Assembly: GCA_009700405.1 (NCBI GenBank)
Contig: WLMD01000001.1
Span: 221 to 64,220 of the forward strand
Reading direction: 5' to 3'
DNA length: 64,000 bases
From: Actinomycetota bacterium
GTDB lineage: Bacteria; Actinomycetota; Actinomycetes; Nanopelagicales; Nanopelagicaceae
A model generated the notes under the pieces. It did not search any database and was not told where the DNA came from. It saw nothing but the letters and a program-made list of their open reading frames with translations. A program made the translations under genes and the position numbers. Below are positions 29,608-42,668 of this stretch, piece by piece (position 1 is the first letter of the stretch; each line of letters opens with the position of its first letter).

Positions 29608-32469
29608 TTGATCGATAAACTCATAGTTCGTGGTGCTCGTGAGCACAATTTGAAGGATGTTTCTATTGAGCTGCCTCGCGATGCACTAATCGTTTTCACG
29701 GGTTTGTCTGGCTCAGGCAAATCTAGCCTTGCCTTCGACACGATATTTGCTGAGGGACAACGCCGATATGTGGAGTCGCTATCTGCCTACGCGCGTCAGT
29801 TCTTGGGGCAGATGGATAAACCCGATGTTGATTTCATTGAAGGTTTGTCGCCCGCAGTTTCCATTGATCAGAAATCTACCAATCGAAATCCTCGTTCCAC
29901 TGTTGGAACGATTACAGAGGTCTATGACTATCTACGTCTACTTTTCGCACGAGCCGGTCGCCCGCACTGTCCAAATTGCGGAAGCCCTGTATCTAGGCAA
30001 AGCCCTCAGCAAATAGTTGACCAAATCCTGACGATGCCCGTAAGTACAAAATTTCAGATTCTCGCTCCAGTTATTCGCGCCCGTAAGGGTGAGTTCGTTG
30101 ACCTATTCCAGGATCTAGTGAGCCAAGGTTATTCGCGTGCTCGTGTGGATGGCGAAGTAATTGCTTTAGCAGAACCTCCAAAATTGAAAAAACAAGAGAA
30201 GCACACAATTGAAGTTGTTATCGATCGCTTGAGCGCTAAACCAGAATCCAAAGGGCGCTTAACCGATTCCATAGAAACGGCGCTGCGCTTGGCTCAAGGA
30301 ATTGTCTTGTTAGATTTTGTTGACTCAAAAGGTAAAGATAAAGAGCGCACCTATAGCGAGCATCTTGCTTGTCATGAATGTGAACTTTCCTTTGAAGAGT
30401 TGGAGCCTCGATCATTCTCCTTCAACTCTCCCTTTGGAGCTTGTGCGCAATGTTCAGGCATAGGAACCAAGCTCGAGGTCGATGAAGAATTAATTATTCC
30501 CGATGACTCTATTTCTATTAACGAAGGCGCAATAGCGCCATGGTCGTCTGGGCAAACAAGTGAGTATTTCTTAAGACTCCTTGAAGCGTTGGCAGGAGAG
30601 GTTAATTTTTCATTAGATAATCCCTGGAAGAAATTATCAGCCAAAGCAAAAGATGCCATTTTGCAGGGGTATCAATATGAAGTGCATGTGAAGTACAAGA
30701 ATCGTTACGGTCGCACTCGTAACTACTCGACGGGATTTGAAGGTGTTATTCCCTTTATCCATCGTCGTCATGGTGAAACAGATAGTGAATTCAGTAGAGA
30801 GAAGTTTGAAGGCTATATGCGACAAATCCCTTGTCCAGCGTGCAAAGGAGCCCGTCTAAAGCCAGAGGTGCTCGCAGTTACAGTCGGTGGAAAGAATATT
30901 GCTCAAATTTGTGCTCTTTCAATATCTGATACCGCAGATTTTCTTAAGAGCATCGAGCTCAATGCTCGTGAGAGCCAAATTGCTGAACGAGTAATGAAAG
31001 AAGTTCATGCTCGTTTAGGATTCTTATTGGATGTTGGATTGGATTACCTTTCTCTCGAGAGGCCGGCTGCCACTTTATCCGGGGGAGAAGCTCAACGCAT
31101 CCGCCTTGCAACTCAAATTGGCTCTGGATTAGTTGGAGTTCTATATGTTCTCGATGAACCAAGTATTGGTTTGCATCAACGTGACAATCGCCGCCTTATA
31201 GAAACTCTCACCCGACTGCGAGACTTAGGAAATACTCTCATTGTTGTAGAACACGATGAAGAGACAATCCGCGCCGCTGATTGGATCGTAGATATTGGGC
31301 CGGGTGCGGGTGAGCATGGTGGAAAAGTTGTAGTTTCAGGTGATTATCAATCACTCTTAGATTCTGAAGAATCTATTACTGGGGCTTATCTCTCGGGACG
31401 GAAGTCCATCGCGATTCCCGCAGAAAGGCGCCCAGTTGATCCCAAGCGACGCTTAGTTGTTAAAGGTGCCAAGGAGAACAACCTCAAAGATATCGATGTA
31501 GCCATTCCGCTTAGCGCCTTTGTCGCAGTAACTGGCGTGAGTGGCTCTGGAAAATCCACACTGATTAATGACATTGTGTACGTGACGCTGGCAAATAAAC
31601 TCAATGGGGCACGGATGGTGCCTGGCCGCCATAGAACTGTTACTGGCATTGATTTGCTGGACAAAGTAGTTCATGTCGATCAATCACCAATCGGTCGCAC
31701 ACCACGCTCTAATCCTGCGACGTATACAGGTGTTTTCGACAAGATTCGCGCCCTATTTGCCGAAACAACCGAAGCCAAGGTTCGTGGATATCTGCAAGGG
31801 CGATTCTCGTTTAACGTTAAAGGTGGACGATGCGAGAATTGTGCTGGCGAAGGCACGATCACAATTGAGATGAATTTTCTTCCCGACGTGTACGTACCTT
31901 GCGAGGTTTGTCATGGGGCTCGATATAACCGTGAGACCTTAGAAGTACATTTCAAAGGAAAGACAATTGCGGAAGTCCTTGATATGCCTATCGAACAGGC
32001 AAGAGATTTCTTCGATGCAGTGCCTACCATCGCTCGTTTCTTAAAAACGTTATGTGATGTCGGATTGGGATATGTTCGACTAGGTCAATCTGCGCCAACG
32101 CTCTCTGGTGGAGAGGCTCAACGCGTGAAATTAGCAACCGAACTTCAACGCCGTTCGACAGGAAGAACGATTTATGTTCTTGATGAGCCTACGACTGGTT
32201 TGCATTTTGAAGATGTGAGTAAGTTACTGGGCGTTCTTAATCGCCTAGTAGATACTGGAAATACCGTTGTTGTTATCGAGCACAATCTTGATGTCATTAA
32301 GTCCGCAGACTGGGTGATTGATATGGGGCCAGAAGGTGGTTTCCGAGGTGGCACAGTGATAGCTGAAGGTACCCCTGAAGATGTCGCAAAGAATTCAGCA
32401 AGTTATACAGGACATTACCTCGCCGAGATATTGGGAAACAATCGAAAGAGCGTTTCGGGTAAGAAGTAA
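29608..32469 (+). CDS. uvrA: Excinuclease ABC subunit A
   Basis: Two ABC modules ([14 protein letters not shown] and [18 protein letters not shown] twice) and zinc-finger cysteines. TTG start 4 nt after the uvrB stop. Confidence 0.95.
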   Translation: MIDKLIVRGAREHNLKDVSIELPRDALIVFTGLSGSGKSSLAFDTIFAEGQRRYVESLSAYARQFLGQMDKPDVDFIEGLSPAVSIDQKSTNRNPRSTVGTITEVYDYLRLLFARAGRPHCPNCGSPVSRQSPQQIVDQILTMPVSTKFQILAPVIRARKGEFVDLFQDLVSQGYSRARVDGEVIALAEPPKLKKQEKHTIEVVIDRLSAKPESKGRLTDSIETALRLAQGIVLLDFVDSKGKDKERTYSEHLACHECELSFEELEPRSFSFNSPFGACAQCSGIGTKLEVDEELIIPDDSISINEGAIAPWSSGQTSEYFLRLLEALAGEVNFSLDNPWKKLSAKAKDAILQGYQYEVHVKYKNRYGRTRNYSTGFEGVIPFIHRRHGETDSEFSREKFEGYMRQIPCPACKGARLKPEVLAVTVGGKNIAQICALSISDTADFLKSIELNARESQIAERVMKEVHARLGFLLDVGLDYLSLERPAATLSGGEAQRIRLATQIGSGLVGVLYVLDEPSIGLHQRDNRRLIETLTRLRDLGNTLIVVEHDEETIRAADWIVDIGPGAGEHGGKVVVSGDYQSLLDSEESITGAYLSGRKSIAIPAERRPVDPKRRLVVKGAKENNLKDIDVAIPLSAFVAVTGVSGSGKSTLINDIVYVTLANKLNGARMVPGRHRTVTGIDLLDKVVHVDQSPIGRTPRSNPATYTGVFDKIRALFAETTEAKVRGYLQGRFSFNVKGGRCENCAGEGTITIEMNFLPDVYVPCEVCHGARYNRETLEVHFKGKTIAEVLDMPIEQARDFFDAVPTIARFLKTLCDVGLGYVRLGQSAPTLSGGEAQRVKLATELQRRSTGRTIYVLDEPTTGLHFEDVSKLLGVLNRLVDTGNTVVVIEHNLDVIKSADWVIDMGPEGGFRGGTVIAEGTPEDVAKNSASYTGHYLAEILGNNRKSVSGKK

Positions 32470-34391
32470 TGAGTGAACCCAGCAGCTACCGCCCGCAAGA
32501 TGTCCCGGCGCTGCCAGGTGTCTATCGGTTTTTCAATCAGAACGATAAAGTTATTTATGTCGGCAAGGCACTGAGTCTTAAGTCTCGGCTCAATAACTAT
32601 TTTCAAGGAAACCTTCCAGAGCGCACTAACCGCATGGTTCATGAAGCGGTTAGAGTGGATTGGACAATCGTCGATAGCGAAGTTGAGGCTCTTCAGCTCG
32701 AATTTTCGTGGATTAAGCAATTTGAGCCCACATATAACGTTCAGTTTAGAGATGATAAGTCTTACCCATATTTAGCAATTTCTATTAACGATGAATTCCC
32801 TCGCGTCTTTATTACTCGTAAACAAAAACGTCCAGGGTTAAAGTATTTCGGTCCCTTTACCCATACGTGGGCGTTGAGGAACACCTTTGACGTAATTCTG
32901 AAGGTCTTTCCGGTGAGGTCATGCTCTGCTGGCAATTTTGAAAAAGCTCGACGGACCGGACGTCAATGCCTTCTTGGCGATATCGGTAAATGTTCGGCTC
33001 CGTGCGTTGGTTGGATTACTCAACCCGATCACACCGCATTGGCGCAACGTTTAATCTCTTTCATGGATGCAGGCAAAGGCGACCTACTTCCAACTTTGCA
33101 GAAGGAGATGGATGCTGCCTCTGCCAATGAAGAGTTTGAAAGAGCGGCCAAAATACGCGATCAAATATCATCGATGGAACGAGCGCGTGAATCCTCGGAT
33201 GCGAGTATCTCGGAGAACTTCTCGGCAGATGTCATCGCTATCCACCGAGAAGGCATGCATGTAGCAGGATCGATTTTCATGGTCAGAGGTGGAGCTATCA
33301 GGGGATCTCGTTCGTGGCTTGTAGATCAAAAATTATCGATTGAGGGAGAGGACGAACTTTCGGCGCTCTTCGCATCAATTTATAGTCATAGCGATGTGTC
33401 CGATATTCCCACAGAGATTATCATCAACGAACTTCCATCGGATCATGTGTCACTAGAGGGATGGCTAACAAATCTTCGGGGCGCGAAAGTGGAGATAAGA
33501 GTTCCTCAGCGCGGGGAGAAGCTCGATGTCCTAAAGACAGTAGAGCGCAATGCTCATTATGCATTGATTCAATATGTTAACAAGCGGTCGGCTGATTCGG
33601 CGGTAAGTGGAAAGGCGCTCCTTGAAATTCAAGAGGCACTGAATCTCAAACAACCACCGCTTCGCATAGAGTGCTTTGATATTTCCAATATTTCAGGAAC
33701 CTCGGTAGTTGCCTCCATGGTTGTATTCGAGGACGGTGTGCCTAAAAAGAGTGAATATCGAAGATTTATCATTGATACTGAAAGCGCATGGGATGACACT
33801 CGCGCCATACACCAAGTAATCACTCGACGACTTAAAAGACTTATTGCAGAGACAGATGTAGATGTTTCTGAGCTGCAAGATCTTGGCGCGAAGAGTTCTA
33901 GATTCTCGTATCCTCCTCAATTAATAATCGTGGACGGAGGAGCACCTCAAGTATCTGCAGCTGCTAGAGCCCTCCAAGAAAACGGTATGAGCGATATCCC
34001 GTTGTGTGGATTAGCAAAACGATTAGAAGAAGTGTGGATTCCGGGGTCAAGTGATCCGATGATTTTGCCTCGCACCAGTGAAGGGCTTTATCTCTTGCAA
34101 CGTGTTCGAGATGAAGCGCACAGATTTGCAATTACATTTCATCGGTCACGTCGTTCCAAGGTCATGTTGGAATCTCTCCTCGATGAGATTCCTCAGCTAG
34201 GGGAGTCGCGCCGTAGCGCCCTACTCAAAGTATTTGGATCCGTGGCGGCAATCCGCAAAGCTAGTGAGGAAGAGATCGCTAAAGTTCCTGGAATTGGTAG
34301 CAAAATTGCCTCAATAGTGGCTTCTAGCGTCATTCGTGAGGAAGTGATCAACGTTGATGCGCAAACTGGAGAAATTCTTGAAGGTTCTTGA
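32469..34391 (+). CDS. uvrC: Excinuclease ABC subunit C
   Basis: GIY-YIG domain (GVYRFFNQNDKVIYVGKA), UVR domain (FERAAKIRDQI) and a C-terminal HhH region. TAATG overlap with uvrA. Confidence 0.95.
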   Translation: MSEPSSYRPQDVPALPGVYRFFNQNDKVIYVGKALSLKSRLNNYFQGNLPERTNRMVHEAVRVDWTIVDSEVEALQLEFSWIKQFEPTYNVQFRDDKSYPYLAISINDEFPRVFITRKQKRPGLKYFGPFTHTWALRNTFDVILKVFPVRSCSAGNFEKARRTGRQCLLGDIGKCSAPCVGWITQPDHTALAQRLISFMDAGKGDLLPTLQKEMDAASANEEFERAAKIRDQISSMERARESSDASISENFSADVIAIHREGMHVAGSIFMVRGGAIRGSRSWLVDQKLSIEGEDELSALFASIYSHSDVSDIPTEIIINELPSDHVSLEGWLTNLRGAKVEIRVPQRGEKLDVLKTVERNAHYALIQYVNKRSADSAVSGKALLEIQEALNLKQPPLRIECFDISNISGTSVVASMVVFEDGVPKKSEYRRFIIDTESAWDDTRAIHQVITRRLKRLIAETDVDVSELQDLGAKSSRFSYPPQLIIVDGGAPQVSAAARALQENGMSDIPLCGLAKRLEEVWIPGSSDPMILPRTSEGLYLLQRVRDEAHRFAITFHRSRRSKVMLESLLDEIPQLGESRRSALLKVFGSVAAIRKASEEEIAKVPGIGSKIASIVASSVIREEVINVDAQTGEILEGS

Positions 34392-34415
34392 CAGATACGA
34401 CAAGATTGCAGTGAT

Positions 34416-35288
34416 ATGAAAACATCGCGAGAAGTACTGATACTCACTGGAATGTCCGGAGCGGGCAGATCAACTGTCGCCCATGCGCTAGAGGATCTTG
34501 GCTGGTATGTAGTTGATAATCTTCCAGCCTCTTTATTGCCTTCGCTGATTGCGCAAACGGAGAATGCTGATTGGTCGTCAATGGCAGTTGTGGTGGATGT
34601 TCGTAGTGGTCGATTCTTTGATGACCTTAATAATTCACTTGTCGCACTTGAAAGCGCTTCGATTCCTCATCGACTTCTTTTCTTAGATTCGACTGATCAG
34701 GCGCTAGTACAACGTTTTGAGTCAACGCGCCGACCTCATCCCCTTCAAGGAGAGGATCGTATTCTCGATGGCATTTCTCGAGAGCGTTCGCGGCTTGAGG
34801 ATCTACGATCTCGTGCCGATGTTGTTATTGATACCAGCAATCTAAATGTCCATCAACTTGAAAAGAGAATTGGTGAGATTTTTGCCGATGGGCAGGCTAA
34901 TGGAGTACGAGTTAACGTTTTATCATTTGGCTATAAATATGGAATGCCTGTTGACGCGGATTTAGTTCTTGATTGCCGATTCATACCTAACCCACATTGG
35001 ATACCCGAGCTTCGTCCGCTCACTGGCATGTCGAAGGAAGTAAGTACTCATGTTTTGAATTCTCCTGGTGTTAATAAGTTTATTGATGACTATGTATCCC
35101 TTTTCAGCGAAATGTCCCAGGGGTATCTGCGTGAAGGAAAGAAGTATGTGACCATCGCAATTGGGTGCACTGGCGGTAAACATCGAAGCGTCGCTATTGC
35201 CCAAGAGATAGCACGGCGCATCAATGATTTTAAGGGACCAATTGATCTAGACGCCAAAGCAGTGCATCGAGATGTCGGTCGTGAATAG
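34416..35288 (+). CDS. rapZ: RNase adapter / nucleotide-binding protein RapZ
   Basis: LTGMSGAGRS P-loop and a conserved C-terminal CTGGKHRSV. Confidence 0.9.
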   Translation: MKTSREVLILTGMSGAGRSTVAHALEDLGWYVVDNLPASLLPSLIAQTENADWSSMAVVVDVRSGRFFDDLNNSLVALESASIPHRLLFLDSTDQALVQRFESTRRPHPLQGEDRILDGISRERSRLEDLRSRADVVIDTSNLNVHQLEKRIGEIFADGQANGVRVNVLSFGYKYGMPVDADLVLDCRFIPNPHWIPELRPLTGMSKEVSTHVLNSPGVNKFIDDYVSLFSEMSQGYLREGKKYVTIAIGCTGGKHRSVAIAQEIARRINDFKGPIDLDAKAVHRDVGRE

Positions 35289-36247
35289 TGTCTGAGTTGC
35301 TTGGTACAAAAGTTGTATCGCTCGGTGGCGGGCATGGATTAGCCACAACCCTAAAATCCTTACGGCAGTTAACGCAGAATATTACGGCGATTGTAACTGT
35401 TGCAGATAATGGAGGTTCAAGCGGGCGATTACGCCGTGAGTTCCCAATTTTTCCACCAGGGGATTTACGTATGGCCCTTGCTGCATTGTGCGGTGATGAT
35501 GAGTGGGGTCGTAGTTGGGCAGAGATAATGCAATACAGGTTTTCTGGAGATGGTTCCATGCAAGGTCACGCTGTTGGAAATATATTGTTGGCGGCTCTGT
35601 GGGATCGCGATGTAGATCCTGTAAAAGGGTTAGATCGTGTGGCATCTTTGTTGAAAGTTGTAGGTCGTGTTCTTCCCATGGCAGCAGTGCCGCTGGATAT
35701 TGAAGGCACTTTTCTTACATCAATTGGTCGCGTGGTGATTCGTGGTCAAGAACAAGTTGCTACTGCTCATGGCACATTGGATTCTTTACGAATCTTGCCC
35801 GAGAGTCCTCCCGCTCGCCCCGAAGCGCTCGATGCTATTGCTCGCGCGCAATGGATCACGATGGGCCCGGGATCGTGGTTCACAAGTGTGCTTCCACATT
35901 TTCTAGTTCCGCAACAGCGCTACGCTCTCAGTCAGTCGACGGCGAAGAGGATTATCGTTCTCAATCTGGATGCTGACCCCGCAATCCAAGGAAGCGAATT
36001 TGCTGGATCAACCCCGCAGGAACATCTTCAGATTGTTGGAGAGTATGCCCCTGATATGAGATGGGACTATGTGATAGCCGACACCTCAGTTGTACGAGAT
36101 ATGCCTTTGCTGCAAGACCAGGTCGCAAAAATGGGCGGAACTCTCGTAGTTGAGGATGTTCGAATGGCTCCGGGAAGTGTTCACCATGATCCTAGAAAAT
36201 TGACCTCCGTATTCGCGCACATCATGAGCAATAGCCTGGTTGGATAG
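35288..36247 (+). CDS. yvcK: YvcK/CuvA-family gluconeogenesis factor (CofD-like fold)
   Basis: SLGGGHGL N-terminal motif. The rapZ-yvcK-whiA synteny is conserved in Gram-positive bacteria. The GTG start overlaps the rapZ stop by 1 nt. Confidence 0.88.
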   Translation: MSELLGTKVVSLGGGHGLATTLKSLRQLTQNITAIVTVADNGGSSGRLRREFPIFPPGDLRMALAALCGDDEWGRSWAEIMQYRFSGDGSMQGHAVGNILLAALWDRDVDPVKGLDRVASLLKVVGRVLPMAAVPLDIEGTFLTSIGRVVIRGQEQVATAHGTLDSLRILPESPPARPEALDAIARAQWITMGPGSWFTSVLPHFLVPQQRYALSQSTAKRIIVLNLDADPAIQGSEFAGSTPQEHLQIVGEYAPDMRWDYVIADTSVVRDMPLLQDQVAKMGGTLVVEDVRMAPGSVHHDPRKLTSVFAHIMSNSLVG

Positions 36248-36251
36248 GCAC

Positions 36252-37238
36252 ATGGCGATGACTTCAGCAGTAAAAGATGAACTGAGCCGATTGGCCGTCA
36301 CTAAGCCATGTTGCCGCAAAGCAGAAGTTTCGGCCCTATTACGTTTCGCTGGAGGCCTGCACATTGTTGCTGGCAAAATTGTTGTTGAAGTTGAACTCGA
36401 CGCTGCTCAAAGCGCACGCCGTTTACGAAAAGATATTGCAGATGTTTATGGACATGAGAGTGATCTTGCCGTCTTATCATCTAGCGGACTGCGCAAAGGA
36501 AATAGGTATGTCGTCCGAGTTATTAGCGATGGAGAAGCCCTCGCCCGCCAAACGGGACTCGTTGATGCAAATGGTCGTCCAGTACGAGGCTTGCCACCGC
36601 AAGTTGTTTCTGCAGCAATCTGCGATGCAGAAGCGGCATGGCGTGGTGCATTTATCGCCCATGGCTCTCTCACCGAACCTGGCCGTTCATCGTCACTAGA
36701 AATTACCTGCCCTGGCCCAGAGGCTGCGCTTGCACTTGTTGGTGCGGCGCGGCGTTTAGGAATTGTTGCCAAGGCTCGTGAAGTTCGAGGAGTTGATCGC
36801 GTAGTTATTCGAGATGGCGATGCGATAGGAGTATTGCTTACTCGTCTCGGTGCTCATGAAAGCGTTCTGGCGTGGGAAGAGCGTCGGATGCGACGAGAGG
36901 TTCGTGCTACCGCAAATCGCTTAGCAAATTTTGATGATGCCAACCTGCGACGTTCTGCTCGAGCAGCGGTTGCCGCCTCTGCGCGTGTTGCACGTGCCAT
37001 GGAAATTTTAGGTCCTGATATTCCAGATCACCTCAAAGAGGCGGGGGAGCTGCGCATCAATCATGGGCAAGCCAGCCTCGAAGAATTGGGATCGTTGGCA
37101 GTTCCGGCCATGACTAAAGATGCGATTGCAGGACGAATTCGTCGCTTATTAGCGATGGCAGATAAGCGTGCCTCCGAGCTAGGGATTGCCGATACCGAGG
37201 CTGGATTATCGCCTGATTCGACCCATTCACCCGAATGA
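36252..37238 (+). CDS. whiA: DNA-binding sporulation/cell-division regulator WhiA
   Basis: [14 protein letters not shown] start as in other actinobacterial WhiA proteins, LAGLIDADG-like core and a C-terminal HTH. The track start at 36240 overlaps yvcK. Confidence 0.9.
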   Translation: MAMTSAVKDELSRLAVTKPCCRKAEVSALLRFAGGLHIVAGKIVVEVELDAAQSARRLRKDIADVYGHESDLAVLSSSGLRKGNRYVVRVISDGEALARQTGLVDANGRPVRGLPPQVVSAAICDAEAAWRGAFIAHGSLTEPGRSSSLEITCPGPEAALALVGAARRLGIVAKAREVRGVDRVVIRDGDAIGVLLTRLGAHESVLAWEERRMRREVRATANRLANFDDANLRRSARAAVAASARVARAMEILGPDIPDHLKEAGELRINHGQASLEELGSLAVPAMTKDAIAGRIRRLLAMADKRASELGIADTEAGLSPDSTHSPE

Positions 37239-37370
37239 GTGCTAAATAACATTTCAATCGGCTGAGTAGTGGGAGTAGTGAGCCTGATAAGATTTACCAA
37301 TACCCCAGTGTTGTGGTCAACTTTTCGCTAACCCGCCATACATCTCCCAGGGGCGCGAACTCAACACTAA

Positions 37371-38380
<1,010 letters not shown>

Positions 38381-38381
<1 letters not shown>

Positions 38382-39556
38382 TGTCATCTCTCGAATCGCT
38401 TGACATTGCTGGCAAGCGAATCTTTCTTCGGTGTGATCTAAATGTGCCGCTCAAGGATGGAGTCATCACAGATGATGGCCGCATCCGTGCCTCGCTTCCC
38501 ACGATTAACTTCCTTCTCAAAGGCGGAGCATCTCTGGTTATCGGCGCGCATTTAGGTCGACCAAAGGGTGAAGTTAAACCAGAGTTATCACTTGCTCCCG
38601 TGGCGCTTCGCCTTTCTGAATTGCTAGGACGTCCAGTGATTTTTGCCGGAAGCAATCCCGCCGAGCAAGCAACTTCTTTAAGCGCCGGCGAAATTCTTCT
38701 ATTGGAAAACCTTCGATTCACTGCTGCTGAAACAAGCAAGGATGAAGTCGAACGCGCAGAATTCGCAAAAGAATTAGCATCCCTTGCCGATGGATATGTA
38801 GGGGATGGTTTTGGAGCGGTTCACCGCAAACATGCCTCAGTCTTCGATCTACCTGCGCTACTTCCTCACGCACCAGGCTTCCTTGTCAGTGCTGAAGTAG
38901 AAGTTCTCAAGAAACTTACCCAAGACCCACAACGGCCTTATGGAGTGATTCTCGGCGGTGCAAAAGTCTCAGATAAAATTGGCGTAATTTCCAACTTGCT
39001 AGAGAAGGTCAATGTCCTGGCAATTGGTGGAGGAATGGTTTTTACATTTCTCGCTGCTCAGGGCAAGAACATTGGTAAATCAATGGTCGAAGTAGATTCC
39101 ATCCCTGTAGTTAAGGAATTAATTGCAAGGGCAGAAGTCTTAGGTGTTGACTTGAGGCTTCCTAGCGACATTGTGACTGCGAGAGCTTTTGCTGCAGATT
39201 CTCCTGCAACGATAGTAGGAGTCGATGACATTTCATCAGATCAGATGGGACTTGATATTGGGCCCGAATCTGCGTTGGATTTTGCGAGCGCTATTTCTCA
39301 ATGCAAAACCGTCTTTTGGAATGGGCCAATGGGAGTTTTCGAATTCCCTGCATTTGCCGAGGGAACCCGCGTAGTAGCGAAGGCGCTGACAGAGGTTTCG
39401 GGAATGACAGTGGTTGGAGGCGGCGATTCTGCTGCTGCGGTTCGACTTCTGGGCTTTTCAGATTCCGATTTTGGGTATATTTCAACTGGCGGTGGCGCAT
39501 CCTTAGAATATCTCGAAGGTAAAGCTCTTCCAGGTTTAACTGCTTTAGGTCTCTAA
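38381..39556 (+). CDS. pgk: Phosphoglycerate kinase
   Basis: [17 protein letters not shown] and [13 protein letters not shown] overlap with gap. Confidence 0.95.
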
Positions 39557-39596
39557 TAGTTCGATTCATTTACCAACCGATGCAAGGGGAACAAAG

Positions 39597-40370
39597 ATGC
39601 GCAAGCCATTGATGGCAGGCAACTGGAAGATGAATCTCAACCATCTCGAAGCTATTGCAGTGACTCAAAAACTGGTCTACAGCTTGAGCGACAAGGACTA
39701 TGACGAAGTCGATATCGCTGTCATCCCTCCCTTTACTGATATTCGTTCTGTACAAACTCTTGTTGATGGAGATCGACTTCGTCTTCTTTATGGTGCCCAA
39801 GACTTATCACCTGAATCAAATGGTGCCTTTACTGGCGACATCTCAGGCTCCATGCTTTCAAAGTTAGGGTGCACATTTGTAGTTGTCGGGCATAGCGAGC
39901 GCCGAGCAATTCACAAGGAAGACGACGCCCTTGTTAATAGAAAAGTTAAAGCTGCCCTTGCTCATGACTTGATTCCGATTTTTTGTGTTGGTGAAGAGCT
40001 AGCAGTTCGTGAATCCGGTACTCACGTCTCTCATGTGATTCGCCAAGTACGAGCAGGCTTGGTTAACCTTTCCAAGCCGGATTTGAAAAAGATTGTGATT
40101 GCCTATGAACCAGTATGGGCAATTGGGACGGGCAAGACAGCAACTCCTGAGGATGCACAAGAAGTGTGTGCAGCTATCCGCGGAGAGATTGAAGAGATTG
40201 GTTCGCCAGAGATTGCCCAATCCATGCGAATCCTCTATGGCGGCTCCGTAAAGTCTGCAAATATCGCCGAAATTATGAAGAAAGAGGATGTCGATGGCGC
40301 CCTTATCGGGGGAGCGAGCCTGGATCCGGAAGAATTGGCAAAAATCGCTAAGTTTCATCTAGCAGGCTGA
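39597..40370 (+). CDS. tpiA: Triosephosphate isomerase
   Basis: AGNWKMN, GHSERR and [10 protein letters not shown]. Confidence 0.95.
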   Translation: MRKPLMAGNWKMNLNHLEAIAVTQKLVYSLSDKDYDEVDIAVIPPFTDIRSVQTLVDGDRLRLLYGAQDLSPESNGAFTGDISGSMLSKLGCTFVVVGHSERRAIHKEDDALVNRKVKAALAHDLIPIFCVGEELAVRESGTHVSHVIRQVRAGLVNLSKPDLKKIVIAYEPVWAIGTGKTATPEDAQEVCAAIRGEIEEIGSPEIAQSMRILYGGSVKSANIAEIMKKEDVDGALIGGASLDPEELAKIAKFHLAG

Positions 40371-40429
40371 TTTACAGTATCCTTTGCCCCGAACGCGGGT
40401 CACCTGAGAAAGAACTTTAGGAGTCGGTT

Positions 40430-40657
40430 ATGAAGCTAGGTCTATCGATCTTGTTGGTAGTCACAAGTGTTTTGATGATCATGCTTGTCCTGTTACATAA
40501 GGGCAAGGGAAGCGGTCTTTCAGACTTATTTGGTGGCGGAATTTCCTCCAATTACGGTGGTTCCTCAGTCGTCGAGCGCAACCTAGATCGCATCACAATC
40601 GTGGTTGGCGGTCTATGGTTCGCAGGAGTAGTTGCTCTGAGCCTGGTTCTTAAGTAG
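40430..40657 (+). CDS. secG: Preprotein translocase subunit SecG
   Basis: 75 aa, two TM helices, LLHKGKGSGLS motif, position after tpiA. Confidence 0.85.
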   Translation: MKLGLSILLVVTSVLMIMLVLLHKGKGSGLSDLFGGGISSNYGGSSVVERNLDRITIVVGGLWFAGVVALSLVLK

Positions 40658-40761
40658 TTCGCAGCAAAAGTTTCGTAGTTTTCTTACTCTCATATTTACA
40701 GCAGACATAGAAGCGCAATACAGAAGAGTTAGTTTAGGTAGCAATTACTGAAGGAGTAGTT

Positions 40762-41106
40762 ATGGCAGGCGGAAGCGCAATTCGCGGAAGTCGTGTTGGT
40801 GCCGGCCCTATGGGCGAGGCCGAGCGCGGCGAATCAATCGGACGTTTTCAAGTTTCCTATTGGTGCTCGAATGGTCATGAGACGAAGCCTTCATTTGCTG
40901 AAGATGCAACGGTGATTATTCCTGCGGAATGGGATTGCCCACGATGTGGCTATCCAGCCGGTCGTGACAAAGCGAACCCTCCGAGCCCAATTAAGAACGA
41001 GCCATACAAGACCCACTTGGCATATGTAAAAGAGCGTCGTAGCGAGGCAGAAGGCTTTCAAATTTTAGAAGATGCTCTTGCCAAACTTCGCGGAGATGAC
41101 GAGTAG
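40762..41106 (+). CDS. rbpA: RNA polymerase-binding protein RbpA (Actinobacteria-specific)
   Basis: YWCSNGHE, CPRCG and PYKTHLAYVKERR (sigma-interaction region). Confidence 0.9.
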   Translation: MAGGSAIRGSRVGAGPMGEAERGESIGRFQVSYWCSNGHETKPSFAEDATVIIPAEWDCPRCGYPAGRDKANPPSPIKNEPYKTHLAYVKERRSEAEGFQILEDALAKLRGDDE

Positions 41107-41129
41107 TTCACGCAGTCATTTACTAGTAG

Positions 41130-42668
41130 CTAGACGATAGATCGTGATGCTGCCAAAATTTCGGCTACACCATCTGCGCGATTAGTTATATGTAATCTCA
41201 TCACGGTGAAACCTCTAGATTCAAGAGCCTGCGCATCTCCCAAGGCTTGAGCCATGATCAATGTGTGAAAAGAGAAATCTTTGCCTGGAATTGCAATGTC
41301 GTTCTCTGTCTCACCCGTAATTTGTAAGAAGATTCCGTTTTGCTGACCACCCTTATGGAATTGACCGGTGGAGTGAAGAAAACGTGGACCCCAACCAAAT
41401 GTCACGGGTCTGCCGCTTTTATCTGCAAGGACTCGACGGATTTGAGCTAGCTGAGCATCTTTCAATCGATCGAGATAGGCCATCACCGAAATGTAGCCAT
41501 CTGATGAGACCGAATCGATGATTGCCATCAACGTATCTTGTACGGTGGTTTCTTTGGAGAATATTTCTACGGAGCCATCGTGTGCATTGCATGTAAGCAC
41601 AGGGAGTTTTCCAGACCACAGTTGTAGTAGCGCTGATGTTTGATTCTTTGCCTCTGTGACATTGGGTTGGTTATAAGGATCGATGGCAAGTGCCACGCCG
41701 ATAAGGGCAGTAGTCCATTCCCAAAAAATAAACTGGGCGCCAAGATCTCCCTCGACTACGAGGTCCGCATTTCCGTTGAAAGCAATTCGTAGAGCGTCAC
41801 CGCTTACAGGCGCGTTTGATTCTTCTATGACAACAGGAAGTCGTCCTACTTGATTTTTTCCCGTGGATTCGGCAACTAGTTGTTCGATCCAATCTGAAAG
41901 CCCTGGCATTCCTGATTGAGAATCACTGAAAGAGATGTACTGACCAGAACAATGGGCCATGAGATAGGCCGCACCTACTGCTGGAGAATGCTCACCCTTG
42001 AGTTGTTCAAGAGCGTCGTAGGCGCTATCCAATAGAACTGATACATCTATTCCAATTAATGCAGCTGGCACCAATCCAAAAGCGCTGAGTGCGCTGAATC
42101 GACCACCAACATGTGGATCTGCATTGATAACAATGAATTGACGAGATCGCGCATCAATGTCCAGGGGAGAACCAGGATCGGTAACAATCACCATATGTTC
42201 TTGTGGAACTAGTCCAAGTGCAAGCAAATGAGTTTCAAAGAGAGCGCGCGCAGATGCAGTTTCAATAGTCCCACCAGATTTAGAGCTCACGACAATCACT
42301 GTATGAGAAAAATCGCCGAGCAAAGCGTGGGATAAGTACGTTGGATCAGTGCTATCAAGAATAAATATTTCTTTGTTGTAAGTGGCGGCAATTACTTCAG
42401 GGGCAAGAGAGGACCCACCCATGCCGCAAAGAATTACTCTCGTGCAATGCCTATAGCGTGCACTCAGCGCATCCAATTCAGGTAATAGTTCCCGTGAGGT
42501 AGAGGGGAGGTCTATCCAGTTCAGGCGTATTTGCGCCTCTTGTTGGGCTTCAGGACCCCAGAGCGTTGCATCTTTGCGGCCCAATCGCTCGTTAGCTTGC
42601 ACTAACTGTTGGTACCGCGAATCCATATGATCGATACGAGAAGTGATATCACCATGCATGGAAATCAT
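41130..42668 (-). CDS. pgi: Glucose-6-phosphate isomerase (SIS-domain, tal-associated type)
   Basis: CGMGGSSLAPE and SSKSGGTIET motifs, 512 aa. TAATG overlap with tal. Confidence 0.75.
   Translation of the reverse strand: MISMHGDITSRIDHMDSRYQQLVQANERLGRKDATLWGPEAQQEAQIRLNWIDLPSTSRELLPELDALSARYRHCTRVILCGMGGSSLAPEVIAATYNKEIFILDSTDPTYLSHALLGDFSHTVIVVSSKSGGTIETASARALFETHLLALGLVPQEHMVIVTDPGSPLDIDARSRQFIVINADPHVGGRFSALSAFGLVPAALIGIDVSVLLDSAYDALEQLKGEHSPAVGAAYLMAHCSGQYISFSDSQSGMPGLSDWIEQLVAESTGKNQVGRLPVVIEESNAPVSGDALRIAFNGNADLVVEGDLGAQFIFWEWTTALIGVALAIDPYNQPNVTEAKNQTSALLQLWSGKLPVLTCNAHDGSVEIFSKETTVQDTLMAIIDSVSSDGYISVMAYLDRLKDAQLAQIRRVLADKSGRPVTFGWGPRFLHSTGQFHKGGQQNGIFLQITGETENDIAIPGKDFSFHTLIMAQALGDAQALESRGFTVMRLHITNRADGVAEILAASRSIV

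Noticed and set aside
37264-37280. Tandem GAGTAGTG-g-GAGTAGTG just downstream of whiA.
   Set aside because: It is a short 8-mer duplication with no accompanying structure or known motif. It may simply be slippage, with no functional inference possible.
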